This document shows positions 16,873 through 26,527 of a stretch of 60,567 bases of DNA, in pieces. The stretch is from the NCBI GenBank assembly GCA_964354025.1, contig CAYGXQ010000002.1:51798-112364 (forward strand). The letters are read 5' to 3'. The translations under genes were made by a program, and so were the position numbers. Source of the stretch: an uncultured Gammaproteobacteria bacterium. Its GTDB lineage: Bacteria; Patescibacteriota; Microgenomatia; 2-02-FULL-39-11. Position 1 is the stretch's first letter. Each line of letters opens with the position of its first letter. The notes beneath the pieces are model-generated. The model saw only the letters and a program-made list of their open reading frames with translations, was not told the origin of the DNA and searched no databases.

Positions 16873-18018
16873 ATGGCTATTGAAGCGCTAACCCATCCAT
16901 TCTTAGAGGATAATGTACAAACACCTTTAGAGGAATTAGGAGAATCGATGGCGAAACAATATTTTGATAACCGTGACTATTATGACAATCTTCGAGGCGT
17001 AAGGCATGAAATGAGAAGACCGTTGACGTATATCGCCGGAATAGGACAAATGTTAGCCAACCATAATAAAGTAATTTTCAGAAGATTAGATGATGTTTCG
17101 GCAGGTATCCGCGCTTTTTCAGATATTTTTACTTTTGAAAGTGCATTGGCTAGACGAGTATTTGCCCATAATCCGGATTCGCAAAGGTTACGTAAGGATA
17201 CAGTCTTATTGACAGATGAATTAGTTAAAATCGATAGAATGGTTCGTGTAAATGAAGAAGTGTCAGATCAATTAAAAAGCAGATTAGCTGGGATGGAAAG
17301 AAGAGAATTGGCCGGTTGGGTAATAGGCGAGTTAGTAAAAGGAGCAGAAATAATAGGCAATTTTGTTAAGCCGGGAAATCCTCAGCATCCTTATCATCCT
17401 TCTAATATTACTAACGCTGAACTTAGAGGACAGATTCCAATCCTTCAAGCCAATATCGCCAGAGTCGGAGAGACATTCCCTTTTTTACGGGCAGAGTTGA
17501 CGGGGCAAGCCTATCAAAGGAGAGATGGGGATGAACCACTTGATTTTTGGCGGATTGTAGAAGAATCAAAAGACCAATTTAACTGGAAAGCAGGTTTAGT
17601 TTCCGGCTGGGATAAAGTAACTGATTATGTCAGAAAATTACGTTTTACCTCTGATCCCGGCCTTCTTCGGATTATTCTGGAAAATCTTTTCCGCAATGCC
17701 TATCGCTACAGCGATGAATATATCCGAGTTACTCTTCGTCTGTTTAACGCGACCGGAAATAGAAAGTTAATTATCACTGTTGAAAATGATGGATCAGTAA
17801 TACCTTACGAAGAACAGGAAAGGGTATGGGAAAAGGGACGAAGAGGCTCAAATGCCGCGAAAAAAGAAGGTTCCGGCTTCGGCCTTTATCTCACGGGGAA
17901 AGCAGTTGCGGTGCTGGGAGGAGAAGCTTGTCTGATCAGCGGCCTCACGATCAAAGGTCCAAGAACCCAAGTCAAAGTCTCTTTGCCGATTGAGGATAAA
18001 TATACCTTGCAAGGTTGA
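16873..18018 (+). CDS. Soluble histidine-kinase-like protein (HisKA-like H-box + HATPase_c)
   Basis: H-box RHEMRRPLTYI. ATPase motifs LENLFRNAYRYS, VENDG, GSGFGLYL. No TM and no adjacent response regulator. TATAAT at 16856-16861, 11 nt before the ATG. Confidence 0.7.
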   Translation: MAIEALTHPFLEDNVQTPLEELGESMAKQYFDNRDYYDNLRGVRHEMRRPLTYIAGIGQMLANHNKVIFRRLDDVSAGIRAFSDIFTFESALARRVFAHNPDSQRLRKDTVLLTDELVKIDRMVRVNEEVSDQLKSRLAGMERRELAGWVIGELVKGAEIIGNFVKPGNPQHPYHPSNITNAELRGQIPILQANIARVGETFPFLRAELTGQAYQRRDGDEPLDFWRIVEESKDQFNWKAGLVSGWDKVTDYVRKLRFTSDPGLLRIILENLFRNAYRYSDEYIRVTLRLFNATGNRKLIITVENDGSVIPYEEQERVWEKGRRGSNAAKKEGSGFGLYLTGKAVAVLGGEACLISGLTIKGPRTQVKVSLPIEDKYTLQG

Positions 18019-18056
18019 ACCTTTAAAGGGTGACATATGTTATTATAAATTTAGCC

Positions 18057-18254
18057 ATGAAAAAACTCAATTTGAGGCAGAAAGGTGTATTGGCGGAGTT
18101 TTTAGGGAATTTCGCTTTAGCCTGGATTACGTTTGGGTTAATATCACCGGTATTTACTAAAATAGATGATCCTACTCTTTTTATCACCAGATCAATCTCG
18201 TCTCTTATATTAACATTCTTCTCTTTAAAATTTGCTCTGGATTTAGTAAAGTAA
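18057..18254 (+). CDS. Small 2-TM membrane protein, family member 2
   Basis: Paralog of 8715..8915 (the ORF opens at 18030). Confidence 0.6.
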   Translation: MKKLNLRQKGVLAEFLGNFALAWITFGLISPVFTKIDDPTLFITRSISSLILTFFSLKFALDLVK

Positions 18255-18258
18255 TATT

Positions 18259-18363
18259 ATGAAAATAAATTTTGATACAGTATATTTTTTCGCTGTAATA
18301 ATGAGTACTCTTTTTCTTTATGGTATTTATTTTTTATTTATCAGAAAGAAGAAGAAAAGATAG
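18259..18363 (+). CDS. 34-aa single-TM micropeptide
   Basis: MKINFDTVYFFAVIMSTLFLYGIYFLFIRKKKKR. Same position as 8912..9004. Confidence 0.45.
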   Translation: MKINFDTVYFFAVIMSTLFLYGIYFLFIRKKKKR

Positions 18364-18372
18364 GCAATAATT

Positions 18373-18471
18373 ATGAATATCAATACAGTAAATACAATCT
18401 TGATGATTATTGCTTTTATATTATTGGCAGGCTTAGGTTATATTAGTTTTGCTAAAGATAGAAAAAAATAG
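18373..18471 (+). CDS. 32-aa single-TM micropeptide (MNIN family)
   Basis: MNINTVNTILMIIAFILLAGLGYISFAKDRKK. Confidence 0.55.
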   Translation: MNINTVNTILMIIAFILLAGLGYISFAKDRKK

Positions 18472-18475
18472 GATT

Positions 18476-18514
18476 AGATCTTCACAAACTCCCCATCCAG
18501 TTTGAGGTAGAGGA
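18476..18514 (-). repeat. Duplicated 3' end of the 20194..20556 gene (direct repeat flanking the pepD cassette)
   Basis: AGATCTTCACAAACTCCCCATCCAGTTTGAGGTAGAGGA vs 20196-20234 AGACCTTCACAAACTCCCCATCCAGTTTGAGGTAAAGGA (37/39, same orientation). Confidence 0.85.
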
Positions 18515-18516
18515 TT

Positions 18517-20082
18517 TTAGCTGTTGTCTCTGGAAGTCAAATATTTGATTAGTTCTTTGGAATAAAGGAAAAATTCCATCGCAGATGGCAATGATGCTAT
18601 TTCTTGGGGTGTATGCGGGTCTTGTATAGTCGGACCGATAGAGATGATTTGGGTTTCGTGAGGAAACATCCTTTGCCAGTATGCGCATTCCAGTCCGCCA
18701 TGGGTAACTCTGGCGACAATATCTTTGCCGAACATCACTTTATGGACGGCGTTTGCCGCAGTGAGTATCGGAGATTCAAAGTCCGGTTCCCAAGCAGGAT
18801 AAGGATCATCAGGAGTGTTAACCGATGCACGGTATTTGCCAGCAATTTGTGGCAACTCCGAGTCTATATAATCTCTTAATTTTTGCGCATCTGCACTTCT
18901 GCTCATAATATTAATATCCAGCGTACCGCTGTCAGTTTTAACTATTGCCAGGTTCGTTGATGTCCGTACGTCTCCTCCTTCTTGGCCAATCCAGTCGATT
19001 ACTCCATGTCTAAGGTCTGATAAAAGATCGATGACAGCTTGTGTTGATTGAACAGTCATAGGAATATTTTCAGCTTGTTGCGTTTGTTCATCCGGTAATA
19101 CGGCATAGGAATATGAAATATTTGTTTCTTCGGGAGGGAAAAATACCTTGTCATGTCGAGTATTTATTTGCTGCAAAGCTTTCTCAACGGATCTTGCTTC
19201 AGACTGGGGTACGGCAATAACCATTTGGGCGTCTTGAGGGATGGCATTCTTTTTTGCATTACTGGTGGTAAGAGAAACCAGTCTTAGACGAGCCTCCGGA
19301 TCGTCAAGACCTTTAGCTATATCCATCATTATTTTGATAGGATTGACGTGATTTCTGTTGATCTTCAGTCCGGAATGTCCTCCCTGGCAACCGGAAACAC
19401 AGACGGACATGTAAACTAAATCGTCAGTAGGTTTTTCTCTTTCAAGAGTTAATTTGACATTAGTATGGGCTCCGCCGGCGCCGCCGATGGTTGCTTCACC
19501 CATCTTTTCACTGTCCATATTCAATATTCTCGAGTAACCTTGAAGATCAGCCAATAATCCGAAATTTTTAGCTCCTTCCATACTGGTTTCTTCCTGAACT
19601 GTAAAAAGAAGCGCCAAGGGGCCGTGTTCTAAATCTTCGGATTGCGCCAGACTCAACATGGTTGCCAGGCCGAATCCGTTATCAGCACCCAGGGAAGTGC
19701 CGTCTCCCCTTAACCAGACACCGTCATCAGTCATTGCTTTTACTCCATGCAAATCGGGATTTATTACCGGATCGCTTGGGACGCCAACCATATCCATATG
19801 GCCTTGAAGGATTATCCCGGGTAATTTATCCAAGCCGCGTGAAGGAGGAACTAGAATCAAGAGATTTCCGGAATCATCCCTTTTATGAGTCCAGCCATTG
19901 GCTTTGGCTATTTCTGTCAAATAATTGCTTACGCCTGCTTCTTGGCCAGAACCGTGGGGGATCTCGCAGAGTCTATGAAAATGCCTCAGCATACCTATTA
20001 GCTGGTCATTTATTTCCGGTCGTTTAACCTCTTCAAGGACAAAACGTGACTGTATTAATGGTTGTTGTTCTAGAGGCGGCAT
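18517..20082 (-). CDS. pepD: M20-family dipeptidase (PepD / Xaa-His dipeptidase-like)
   Basis: ILQGHMDMV, GTSLGADNGFGLA, TVQEETSMEGAKNF, and length ~500 aa. Confidence 0.8.
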   Translation of the reverse strand: MPPLEQQPLIQSRFVLEEVKRPEINDQLIGMLRHFHRLCEIPHGSGQEAGVSNYLTEIAKANGWTHKRDDSGNLLILVPPSRGLDKLPGIILQGHMDMVGVPSDPVINPDLHGVKAMTDDGVWLRGDGTSLGADNGFGLATMLSLAQSEDLEHGPLALLFTVQEETSMEGAKNFGLLADLQGYSRILNMDSEKMGEATIGGAGGAHTNVKLTLEREKPTDDLVYMSVCVSGCQGGHSGLKINRNHVNPIKIMMDIAKGLDDPEARLRLVSLTTSNAKKNAIPQDAQMVIAVPQSEARSVEKALQQINTRHDKVFFPPEETNISYSYAVLPDEQTQQAENIPMTVQSTQAVIDLLSDLRHGVIDWIGQEGGDVRTSTNLAIVKTDSGTLDINIMSRSADAQKLRDYIDSELPQIAGKYRASVNTPDDPYPAWEPDFESPILTAANAVHKVMFGKDIVARVTHGGLECAYWQRMFPHETQIISIGPTIQDPHTPQEIASLPSAMEFFLYSKELIKYLTSRDNS

Positions 20083-20193
20083 AAATAAAAAATCCTACAT
20101 TTTTAGCAGGCGGTATTACATCGAAACTGAATTTTATACTACCTTGAAGATACTGTCAATATAAATGTCTTTATATCACACCTTAACAAATCA

Positions 20194-20556
20194 TCAGACC
20201 TTCACAAACTCCCCATCCAGTTTGAGGTAAAGGAGGAAGATTTTGAGGTGGGGGAATTTAGCGCTAATCGCTTTTTTGGCTGCCGTCAAATCATTTTGGT
20301 GTTTCTCCAATGATCCTTCCGTTCCATACGCCCCGCAGTCTTCGTGGTTGATGAGGTAAACTTCTTTGACATGATGCAAACGGATGGAGATGTCTATTTG
20401 CTTTAAAACATATGTCATATCTTTCACCGCTCCGGCGATGGAAAGCTTGTCATAGCCGCCCGGGAGGTTTTTCGCTGTCCATTTCTCGATATATTTCTGC
20501 AGCCGGAAATCGATACAGGTAACTACAATTGCTTGACAAGAGTGTTGATTTAACAT
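20194..20556 (-). CDS. Small beta-carbonic-anhydrase-like protein
   Basis: CIDFR ... HEDCG spacing resembles the beta-CA zinc ligand motifs (CxDxR, HxxC), but the protein is only 120 aa. Confidence 0.4.
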   Translation of the reverse strand: MLNQHSCQAIVVTCIDFRLQKYIEKWTAKNLPGGYDKLSIAGAVKDMTYVLKQIDISIRLHHVKEVYLINHEDCGAYGTEGSLEKHQNDLTAAKKAISAKFPHLKIFLLYLKLDGEFVKV

Positions 20557-20581
20557 AGAAAAATATTATAACATAAAACAA

Positions 20582-21454
20582 ATGGCCAAATTCGTCCCTG
20601 ACGTCAAAACCCAAAGATGGATTATCATTGCCCCTGTCCGGCAGGACCGGCCTGCCTCGCTCGCCTCGCTGCGAAGCGGGCCGAGTCAAGGCGGGCCTGA
20701 TGAACACCATGGGCCGGAGAAGAAAACCGTTTGCCCTTTTTGCTCCGGCAATGAGAAAGAGACGCCGCCTGAGATTATGCGTCTCGGGGGAGGAGAGAAA
20801 GATACTCCGGGCTGGCAGATCAGGGTTGTTCCCAATAAATTCCCCATCACGGATATCCACGAAGTAATCATCCACAGCCCGGATCACAACAAAGATATAG
20901 AGGATTTTGATTTATCACAATTGGAAAAACTGCTTAATGTTTACCACCAACGCTTCCTTGAACATCAAAATGACGGGCATGTCATGATCTTTTGCAATCA
21001 CGGCGAGCACGCCGGCGCTTCTTTAGCTCATCCTCATTCCCAGTTAGTGGTTATCCCCAGACAAATAAATCTGGATGCGCTGGTGAAAGAACCGGTTAAA
21101 AATATCGTTGAGGATAATAATTTTTTTGTCACCTACTGCCCTGATTTTTCCCAATGGCCTTATGAAGTCTGGATTGCTCCGAAGAAGGTAGGGACGACTT
21201 TTGCCGATGTTACGGATGAGGAGATGAAAGACTTAGCAGTTATTTTACAAAAAACAGTCCGGCGTTTAAGAGTCAAATATGAAGGGAAGCTTTTTGCCTA
21301 CAATTACTATATCCATCACGCCAAAGATTGGTTTATCAGGATCATTCCCCGTTTTGTCCATCGGGCCGGTTTTGAGCTGGGGACGGGTTTGTCAGTAAAT
21401 ATTATCGATCCTACCGTTGCCGCGGAAGAGTTGAAGAAGATAGAAGTGGAATAA
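20582..21454 (+). CDS. galT: Galactose-1-phosphate uridylyltransferase (HIT superfamily)
   Basis: CPFCSGNE zinc-knuckle motif and the HPHSQL (HxHxQ) active site. Confidence 0.85.
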   Translation: MAKFVPDVKTQRWIIIAPVRQDRPASLASLRSGPSQGGPDEHHGPEKKTVCPFCSGNEKETPPEIMRLGGGEKDTPGWQIRVVPNKFPITDIHEVIIHSPDHNKDIEDFDLSQLEKLLNVYHQRFLEHQNDGHVMIFCNHGEHAGASLAHPHSQLVVIPRQINLDALVKEPVKNIVEDNNFFVTYCPDFSQWPYEVWIAPKKVGTTFADVTDEEMKDLAVILQKTVRRLRVKYEGKLFAYNYYIHHAKDWFIRIIPRFVHRAGFELGTGLSVNIIDPTVAAEELKKIEVE

Positions 21455-21505
21455 GGATAATTTTTCCTTGACAAACTTTGTATTTATATCATACAATCTT
21501 TGTAT

Positions 21506-21796
21506 ATGAATACTACTATCAATATTTCCTTACCAAAAACCATGTACCAGGATGCCAAAAAAATACAGAAGGCACGCCGGTATTCCTCCATCAGCGAATT
21601 AATCCGCGATCTTCTGCGCGGATTTCTTTATCCCAGACTGACGGAAAACGGCTTTACGCCGGAGTTTGAGGCGGAAGTTTTGAAATCCGCGGCAGAACCC
21701 GTAGATAATGACATTGTTTTAAAAACAGAGAAAGATGTTGATGATTATTTTAATAATCTAAAACTTCCCCCAGAGAAAAAACATGCTAAAAGTTAA
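21506..21796 (+). CDS. RHH/CopG-like antitoxin
   Basis: MNTTINISLPKTMYQDAKK...SISELIRDLLR. 14-nt overlap with the toxin gene. TTGACA (21468-21473), 18-nt spacer, TACAAT (21492-21497), then 8 nt to the ATG. Confidence 0.6.
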   Translation: MNTTINISLPKTMYQDAKKIQKARRYSSISELIRDLLRGFLYPRLTENGFTPEFEAEVLKSAAEPVDNDIVLKTEKDVDDYFNNLKLPPEKKHAKS

Positions 21797-22061
21797 AATC
21801 AACGGGAATTACGATAAGATGCGAAGGGAATTAATAGACCAGAATCCATGTTTGAAAGAGACGATTAACGCCAAAGTTAAATTATTCATGCATAATCCCG
21901 ACGATACCAGACTGTTCAATCATCCTTTGACTGGCGTCATGGATGGGCAACATGCTTTTTCCATTACCGATGATATCAGGATTGTTTACGAATGGTTTGG
22001 TAAAAATACCGTTAGGTTCCTAGGTATTGGCGGCCATCCAAAGGTTTATAGCAGGAATTAG
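21783..22061 (+). CDS. RelE/YafQ-type mRNA interferase toxin
   Basis: NHPLTGVMDGQHAFSITDDIRIVYEW...VRFLGIGGHPKVY matches the RelE-family C-terminal pattern. Confidence 0.7.
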   Translation: MLKVKINGNYDKMRRELIDQNPCLKETINAKVKLFMHNPDDTRLFNHPLTGVMDGQHAFSITDDIRIVYEWFGKNTVRFLGIGGHPKVYSRN

Positions 22062-22156
22062 GGCGGGATGGTTTGAATCGTAAAGTAGCAATTAATCCTC
22101 AGCGGCCGCATGTCAATTAATATATTATCGATTTATTTATGGAATAGCGCAATTTA

Positions 22157-22366
22157 TTACTCCTTAGTCTGCAATCCCAGAAGCCACATGACGGCTTCTT
22201 TTTTATACCGGCGGTCGCCTCGTGAGTTGATGCGGATGGCCGGCAGTTTGCCTCTTTTGCCCCATCTTTTTATGGTGAGCGGTGAGACGCGCAGAATTTT
22301 TGCCACTTCCCTTACGGTTAAAAGGTCCGGCCAGTCTTGTCCTAGAGACATATTATTAAGTATCAA
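22157..22366 (-). CDS. Excisionase-family/MerR-like HTH DNA-binding protein
   Basis: LLTVREVAKILRVSPLTIKRWGKRGKLPAIRINSRGDRRY. Confidence 0.7.
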   Translation of the reverse strand: MILNNMSLGQDWPDLLTVREVAKILRVSPLTIKRWGKRGKLPAIRINSRGDRRYKKEAVMWLLGLQTKE

Positions 22367-22563
22367 GTATTAAGTATCAGGTATTAAGTATATAACTTAA
22401 TCACAAAATATTTCTACTTGAGCCCTCCAATTGTTTGCGGACAGAAAAATTTATAAGGAGGCAGATTATCTAATCAATTTGATATGTAATGTAACATAAC
22501 CCATTTTATGTTGTCAATAGACATCAAAGAAGGGCAGGTAGTTTGAAATAGAATGATGTATAT

Positions 22564-23514
22564 TTAACCCTGCGCTTTCCGGTGATGGCGCAAACGAAGA
22601 CCTGTGACAGAGTTCAGTTGATGATATAAATGCATCGCTTCTCTTGCACGTGAACTATCATTGGTTTGTAATTCGGCAATCGGAAATTCTTGGAAACGAT
22701 AAGTGCCTCCAAATTGTGATATTAAAGCGGGAATTACTTCGGTGAGCAACCTATCTTGATTCCCATCTGAAAGGAGAGCCGATAAGACTGGGATTAATGT
22801 GATATTGTCATTAACTATCCAATGACGTACCCATTGTAAACCAGCATTCAGGTAGGAGCCGGTATGGAAAATATTTCCATCTCCTGAAGGAAAATTATTA
22901 AAGCCATGATCAGGGAAATAAAAGAAGATTTTTTTTAAAATTACATGTGAAAGTCTGGCAGAGGCAGAATTTACCCTCCCGTCTAAGTCGTACAGCCAAG
23001 TTTCGCTTACCGCCTCTGGATAATAGACGGCTTTTACTTCATCTCTAGGTGTTAGAAGTAATAGATCATCTTCCCACACCTGCTGATGCCGAGGACGAGT
23101 ATTTACCCAGATTTCTTTTCGGGTAACTCCAGCTAGGTTACTTGAAGGTTCTCCAAAAGAAGCAGAGTTGGCAGTTTTCTTGGAAGAATCAAAACGTATT
23201 CTGGCAGAGGTGTGTAACAAGTTGGGATGCTGATAGTATAAATCCAGACAATGATAGCTAGTCCAGTTAACCGGTTGTCCTGGCAGCGAAGTCATCTGTG
23301 CAAGTTGCGGTAATAATGCCATAAATTGATTTTCCTTCTCTATTGAAGTCAAGTCAAAAGCAGCTTCGCCGCAGTGATTTACAATTACCGGTTTATTAGG
23401 CAACAGTCCGGTATTTCGTAATTCCAAGATGAATCTCTGCATGCTTTGAAACTCGTCTTTAGGTATATGGGCAGGTATCTCTAGGCTTGTCATAAATATG
23501 TAATATTTTCTCAT
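22564..23514 (-). CDS. Hypothetical protein (316 aa)
   Basis: Long ORF with no recognisable motif, divergent from the radical SAM gene. Confidence 0.5.
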   Translation of the reverse strand: MRKYYIFMTSLEIPAHIPKDEFQSMQRFILELRNTGLLPNKPVIVNHCGEAAFDLTSIEKENQFMALLPQLAQMTSLPGQPVNWTSYHCLDLYYQHPNLLHTSARIRFDSSKKTANSASFGEPSSNLAGVTRKEIWVNTRPRHQQVWEDDLLLLTPRDEVKAVYYPEAVSETWLYDLDGRVNSASARLSHVILKKIFFYFPDHGFNNFPSGDGNIFHTGSYLNAGLQWVRHWIVNDNITLIPVLSALLSDGNQDRLLTEVIPALISQFGGTYRFQEFPIAELQTNDSSRAREAMHLYHQLNSVTGLRLRHHRKAQG

Positions 23515-23590
23515 ACCAAGTCAAATTTAGGTAAAATTTACTATCAATTTGGATTTATTGTGGAAAAAATATATAATTCACTTCTATATT

Positions 23591-25090
23591 ATGAGACATG
23601 AACAAGATAGACCGAAAATCGTTATTGCTACTTCAGTTACCGGAAATACGCTGCCGGTTCCTTCCAGAACAGCAGCGGTATTGGCCGGTTGTGCCCAAAG
23701 AGAAGAATTTTCTGCTGAGGTAATAGATGCAGGCAGAGTAAACTTGGTGGAGGCTGTAAGAAAAAGTCAACCTTTATTTACAGGATTAAGTGTCATGTTG
23801 CCCGGTGAGTTATTGGAATTGGACAAGATTACTCGACAAATTCGTCAGGCTGCCCCTAATACCATTATTGGAGTCGGCGGTAGTCCGGTTACTTTACAAA
23901 CGGCTGAAACATTCCGAAGTGCGCCGGAAATTGATTTAATATTCAGAGGTATTTCTGATAGGTCATGGCGTGATTTTTTGGCTTTATTAAAAAGTGGCAT
24001 AAGGAGAGAAAATATTTTCCAGATAAGTGATGACTATCCCGGTATATGCCGTCCAAGTGGAGATTTAACCATCTCGCCTTATTTACCTTTAAGGATGGTA
24101 AATCCGCCTGATTATTCACGTTTATCTCCAGGTCTTTCGAGTTATTTTCACTCCGGCGGCACCGAAACTTCATGGTTTGAAATGTACAAGCATAAACAAA
24201 TGCTGGATGTTCTGACTCATATAGGCTGTTATTACGGTTGTGTTTTTTGCTTCAATACCCAACTGCAGCAGTTGGAAGAGGGTACCGGAAGACCTAAGGT
24301 CGAATTTAGACCTCCAGCGCAGGTGGCAGATGAGATAGAAGAGGTAGTGGAAAGGTTGCGTTTTGAAACTATACCGGTGTATTTGGCGGGAGTGAATTGT
24401 TTTGCCGACCCGGACAATCTTGAAGAAACTGTCCGAATTTTACTTGAAAGAGGGTTAGACCGTCGAGTTAGGATGAACTGTGATAGTATAGTAAAACATT
24501 TATTGCATGCAGATAAGAAAAAACCTCAACTGTTAGAGTTATGTTGCCATGCAGGACTAAGGTATATAAAATTAGGGGTGGAACATCTTCATCATGATAT
24601 GCAGAAATACATCAGAAAGATAGTCTCTCCTGATGAAATTAGTCAGGCAGTAACAAGGATTTGGCAGGCCGGGATAGTGCCCGAACTGGAATTTGTTTTA
24701 GGATTACCGCCTGAAACTAGCGAGACGCTACAGTTTTTCTACGAAACTATCTTACGATTAAAAAAAGAGCTGCCGCCATTTATTATCCAAGTGCATAGAG
24801 CCGTACCCTTTGCCGGAACTGATCTTCACGATGAGGTGATAGAATCTAGATTATTAGGCAGAGACAATCACATACCCAGTAAGTGGTTTGGGGGAGCCTG
24901 TATGCCGACACGCAGTTTGACAGCCGAGGAAGTATCACGAGGAATCTGGAGAATTATGTCCGCTTTCTATTCCGATGGATATCTTTCAAGTCTTGAGGGT
25001 ATTCCGGGAGAACAGGGTGAACTTGTGCGATTTGAAGCTAGTAAGAAAATTAGCCGTGCCAGAGAATTATTATCTATTATGGAAGAGTAA
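23591..25090 (+). CDS. Radical SAM enzyme with N-terminal B12-binding-like domain
   Basis: CYYGCVFC (CxxxCxxC) cluster motif after a ~200-aa Rossmann-like N-terminal domain. The ORF opens at TTG 23549. TATAAT at 23572-23577. Confidence 0.7.
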   Translation: MRHEQDRPKIVIATSVTGNTLPVPSRTAAVLAGCAQREEFSAEVIDAGRVNLVEAVRKSQPLFTGLSVMLPGELLELDKITRQIRQAAPNTIIGVGGSPVTLQTAETFRSAPEIDLIFRGISDRSWRDFLALLKSGIRRENIFQISDDYPGICRPSGDLTISPYLPLRMVNPPDYSRLSPGLSSYFHSGGTETSWFEMYKHKQMLDVLTHIGCYYGCVFCFNTQLQQLEEGTGRPKVEFRPPAQVADEIEEVVERLRFETIPVYLAGVNCFADPDNLEETVRILLERGLDRRVRMNCDSIVKHLLHADKKKPQLLELCCHAGLRYIKLGVEHLHHDMQKYIRKIVSPDEISQAVTRIWQAGIVPELEFVLGLPPETSETLQFFYETILRLKKELPPFIIQVHRAVPFAGTDLHDEVIESRLLGRDNHIPSKWFGGACMPTRSLTAEEVSRGIWRIMSAFYSDGYLSSLEGIPGEQGELVRFEASKKISRARELLSIMEE

Positions 25091-26426
25091 CTTGTTTAAA
25101 AAAATCCGCTAGGTTATGAGGTCCCCAACGGTCAGATGAATTGATCAGCAGTTCTTTAATCAGACCGCATAACTGATCTTGTACAGTAAATCCAGTGATA
25201 GTATAGTTATCAGCGGAAAAGGTGAGTCGAGGGAGGTAAGGTATTAGAGCTGGACCGTATCGTTTTAAACTTAAAATAAACGGATGCCTAAGATAGTCAG
25301 AAGGCGGTTGATTCATACAAATTATGGCATTACTGGTTAAGCATAACTGCAGAGAAATATTCTTTTCCTTCGCTAATTCTAGAATTTTAATAGCAATATC
25401 AAAATAGGAAGTATCAGGAGACATACCCAATTCAACCGCAATTTGGGCGATTCTTTCTTTTTGGCAGGCTAATACCGGATCATCCTTTTGAGCTGACAGA
25501 AGCCGGAATAAAGAATAGGCATGACCCAGCCTGATATTTTGTAAACGGATAGCAGAAATAATATTTTCTAATCCGGCAGCAGTCTCTTCGTCCTTAAGTT
25601 CACCAGTATGTAGACTATAAAGCAATCTACTGTCTTTTAGACGTTGCAGGAAGGGAGAAATGGCGGCTACAGACTTAACTTTTTCGTCATCGCTTATATC
25701 CACACCCATAATAAGACCATCAATTTTTAGGCCTTGGAGTTCATCAATAAACATGTCCGTAGCCCGATCCTCAGGGTAGTTCATATACCAGGTTTCGCCC
25801 TGTGGACGATTGCGTCTTAAAGAAGCTATAATTGGTCTTTCCAATCCCGCATGTAGTGCGGTAAGATATTGCCTGGTTTCCAGCGAAACAAAATCTTTAG
25901 GAAATTTATCGCCTCCATATTTTTCAGCCGCTTTTTTTGCTAAACCTGAACCATTCAAAGTTGTTCTTCTTTGTGAATCGGCAGACAGATTGAACATACA
26001 GCAGTAAAATGGAACTGTCTCTAAAATACCTATTTTGTCTGCCTGTCCTTTTACTTTTCTTCCCAACTTAAAAGCAACTGTCATCATGGCTTTTTGTTGG
26101 AGAAGGAGATATCTGTGCGCTGTCTGTTCGTAGCCGGATATTACCGTTTGAAACGGTGTATTATCTGATATTGAGGCTAATTCAGCCTCGGGATGACGAT
26201 AAGCATCCAGCATTTTTATCTGCCAATTTCCTGTAGGGTATCTATTAACCATACAACTCAGCCAGCTATTTTCAGACGCTGTCCAAGGTTCATCTCTTGA
26301 TGGATCATCGCATGTCCCTTCCACATGATTGTGGTCCGAGTGTGCTATTTGATAATAGATTTCATCTTGAAGTCTACGTAATCTGTCCGCAGTGGTTATC
26401 GGTAGTTGCCCCTCTATTTGATACAT
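25077..26426 (-). CDS. Adenosine/AMP-deaminase-like amidohydrolase with a long N-terminal extension
   Basis: SLHTGE, IRLGHAY, LQLCLTSN and a C-terminal FSADNY in the order of the ADA metal/catalytic motifs. Overlaps the rSAM gene 3' end by 14 nt (convergent). Confidence 0.6.
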   Translation of the reverse strand: MYQIEGQLPITTADRLRRLQDEIYYQIAHSDHNHVEGTCDDPSRDEPWTASENSWLSCMVNRYPTGNWQIKMLDAYRHPEAELASISDNTPFQTVISGYEQTAHRYLLLQQKAMMTVAFKLGRKVKGQADKIGILETVPFYCCMFNLSADSQRRTTLNGSGLAKKAAEKYGGDKFPKDFVSLETRQYLTALHAGLERPIIASLRRNRPQGETWYMNYPEDRATDMFIDELQGLKIDGLIMGVDISDDEKVKSVAAISPFLQRLKDSRLLYSLHTGELKDEETAAGLENIISAIRLQNIRLGHAYSLFRLLSAQKDDPVLACQKERIAQIAVELGMSPDTSYFDIAIKILELAKEKNISLQLCLTSNAIICMNQPPSDYLRHPFILSLKRYGPALIPYLPRLTFSADNYTITGFTVQDQLCGLIKELLINSSDRWGPHNLADFFKQVTLP

Positions 26427-26527
26427 TTTGTATTATTGGTAGATAAATTTATATATTTAGAGAGATAAATAAGTATTCTACCAAGAGAGACAATTTAATA
26501 CAAGTAATCCGGTAAAAAAATCATTAA

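Noticed and set aside
20640-20700. Possible in-frame palindromic insert in galT (RQDRPASLASLRSGPSQGGPDEHH), loosely resembling the GCCTCG...GTCAGGCAAGGCGGG hairpins next to rplA remnants B and C
   Set aside because: The inverted-repeat arms are poor and similarity to the other hairpins is only partial. It cannot be distinguished from a lineage-specific loop without ortholog alignment.
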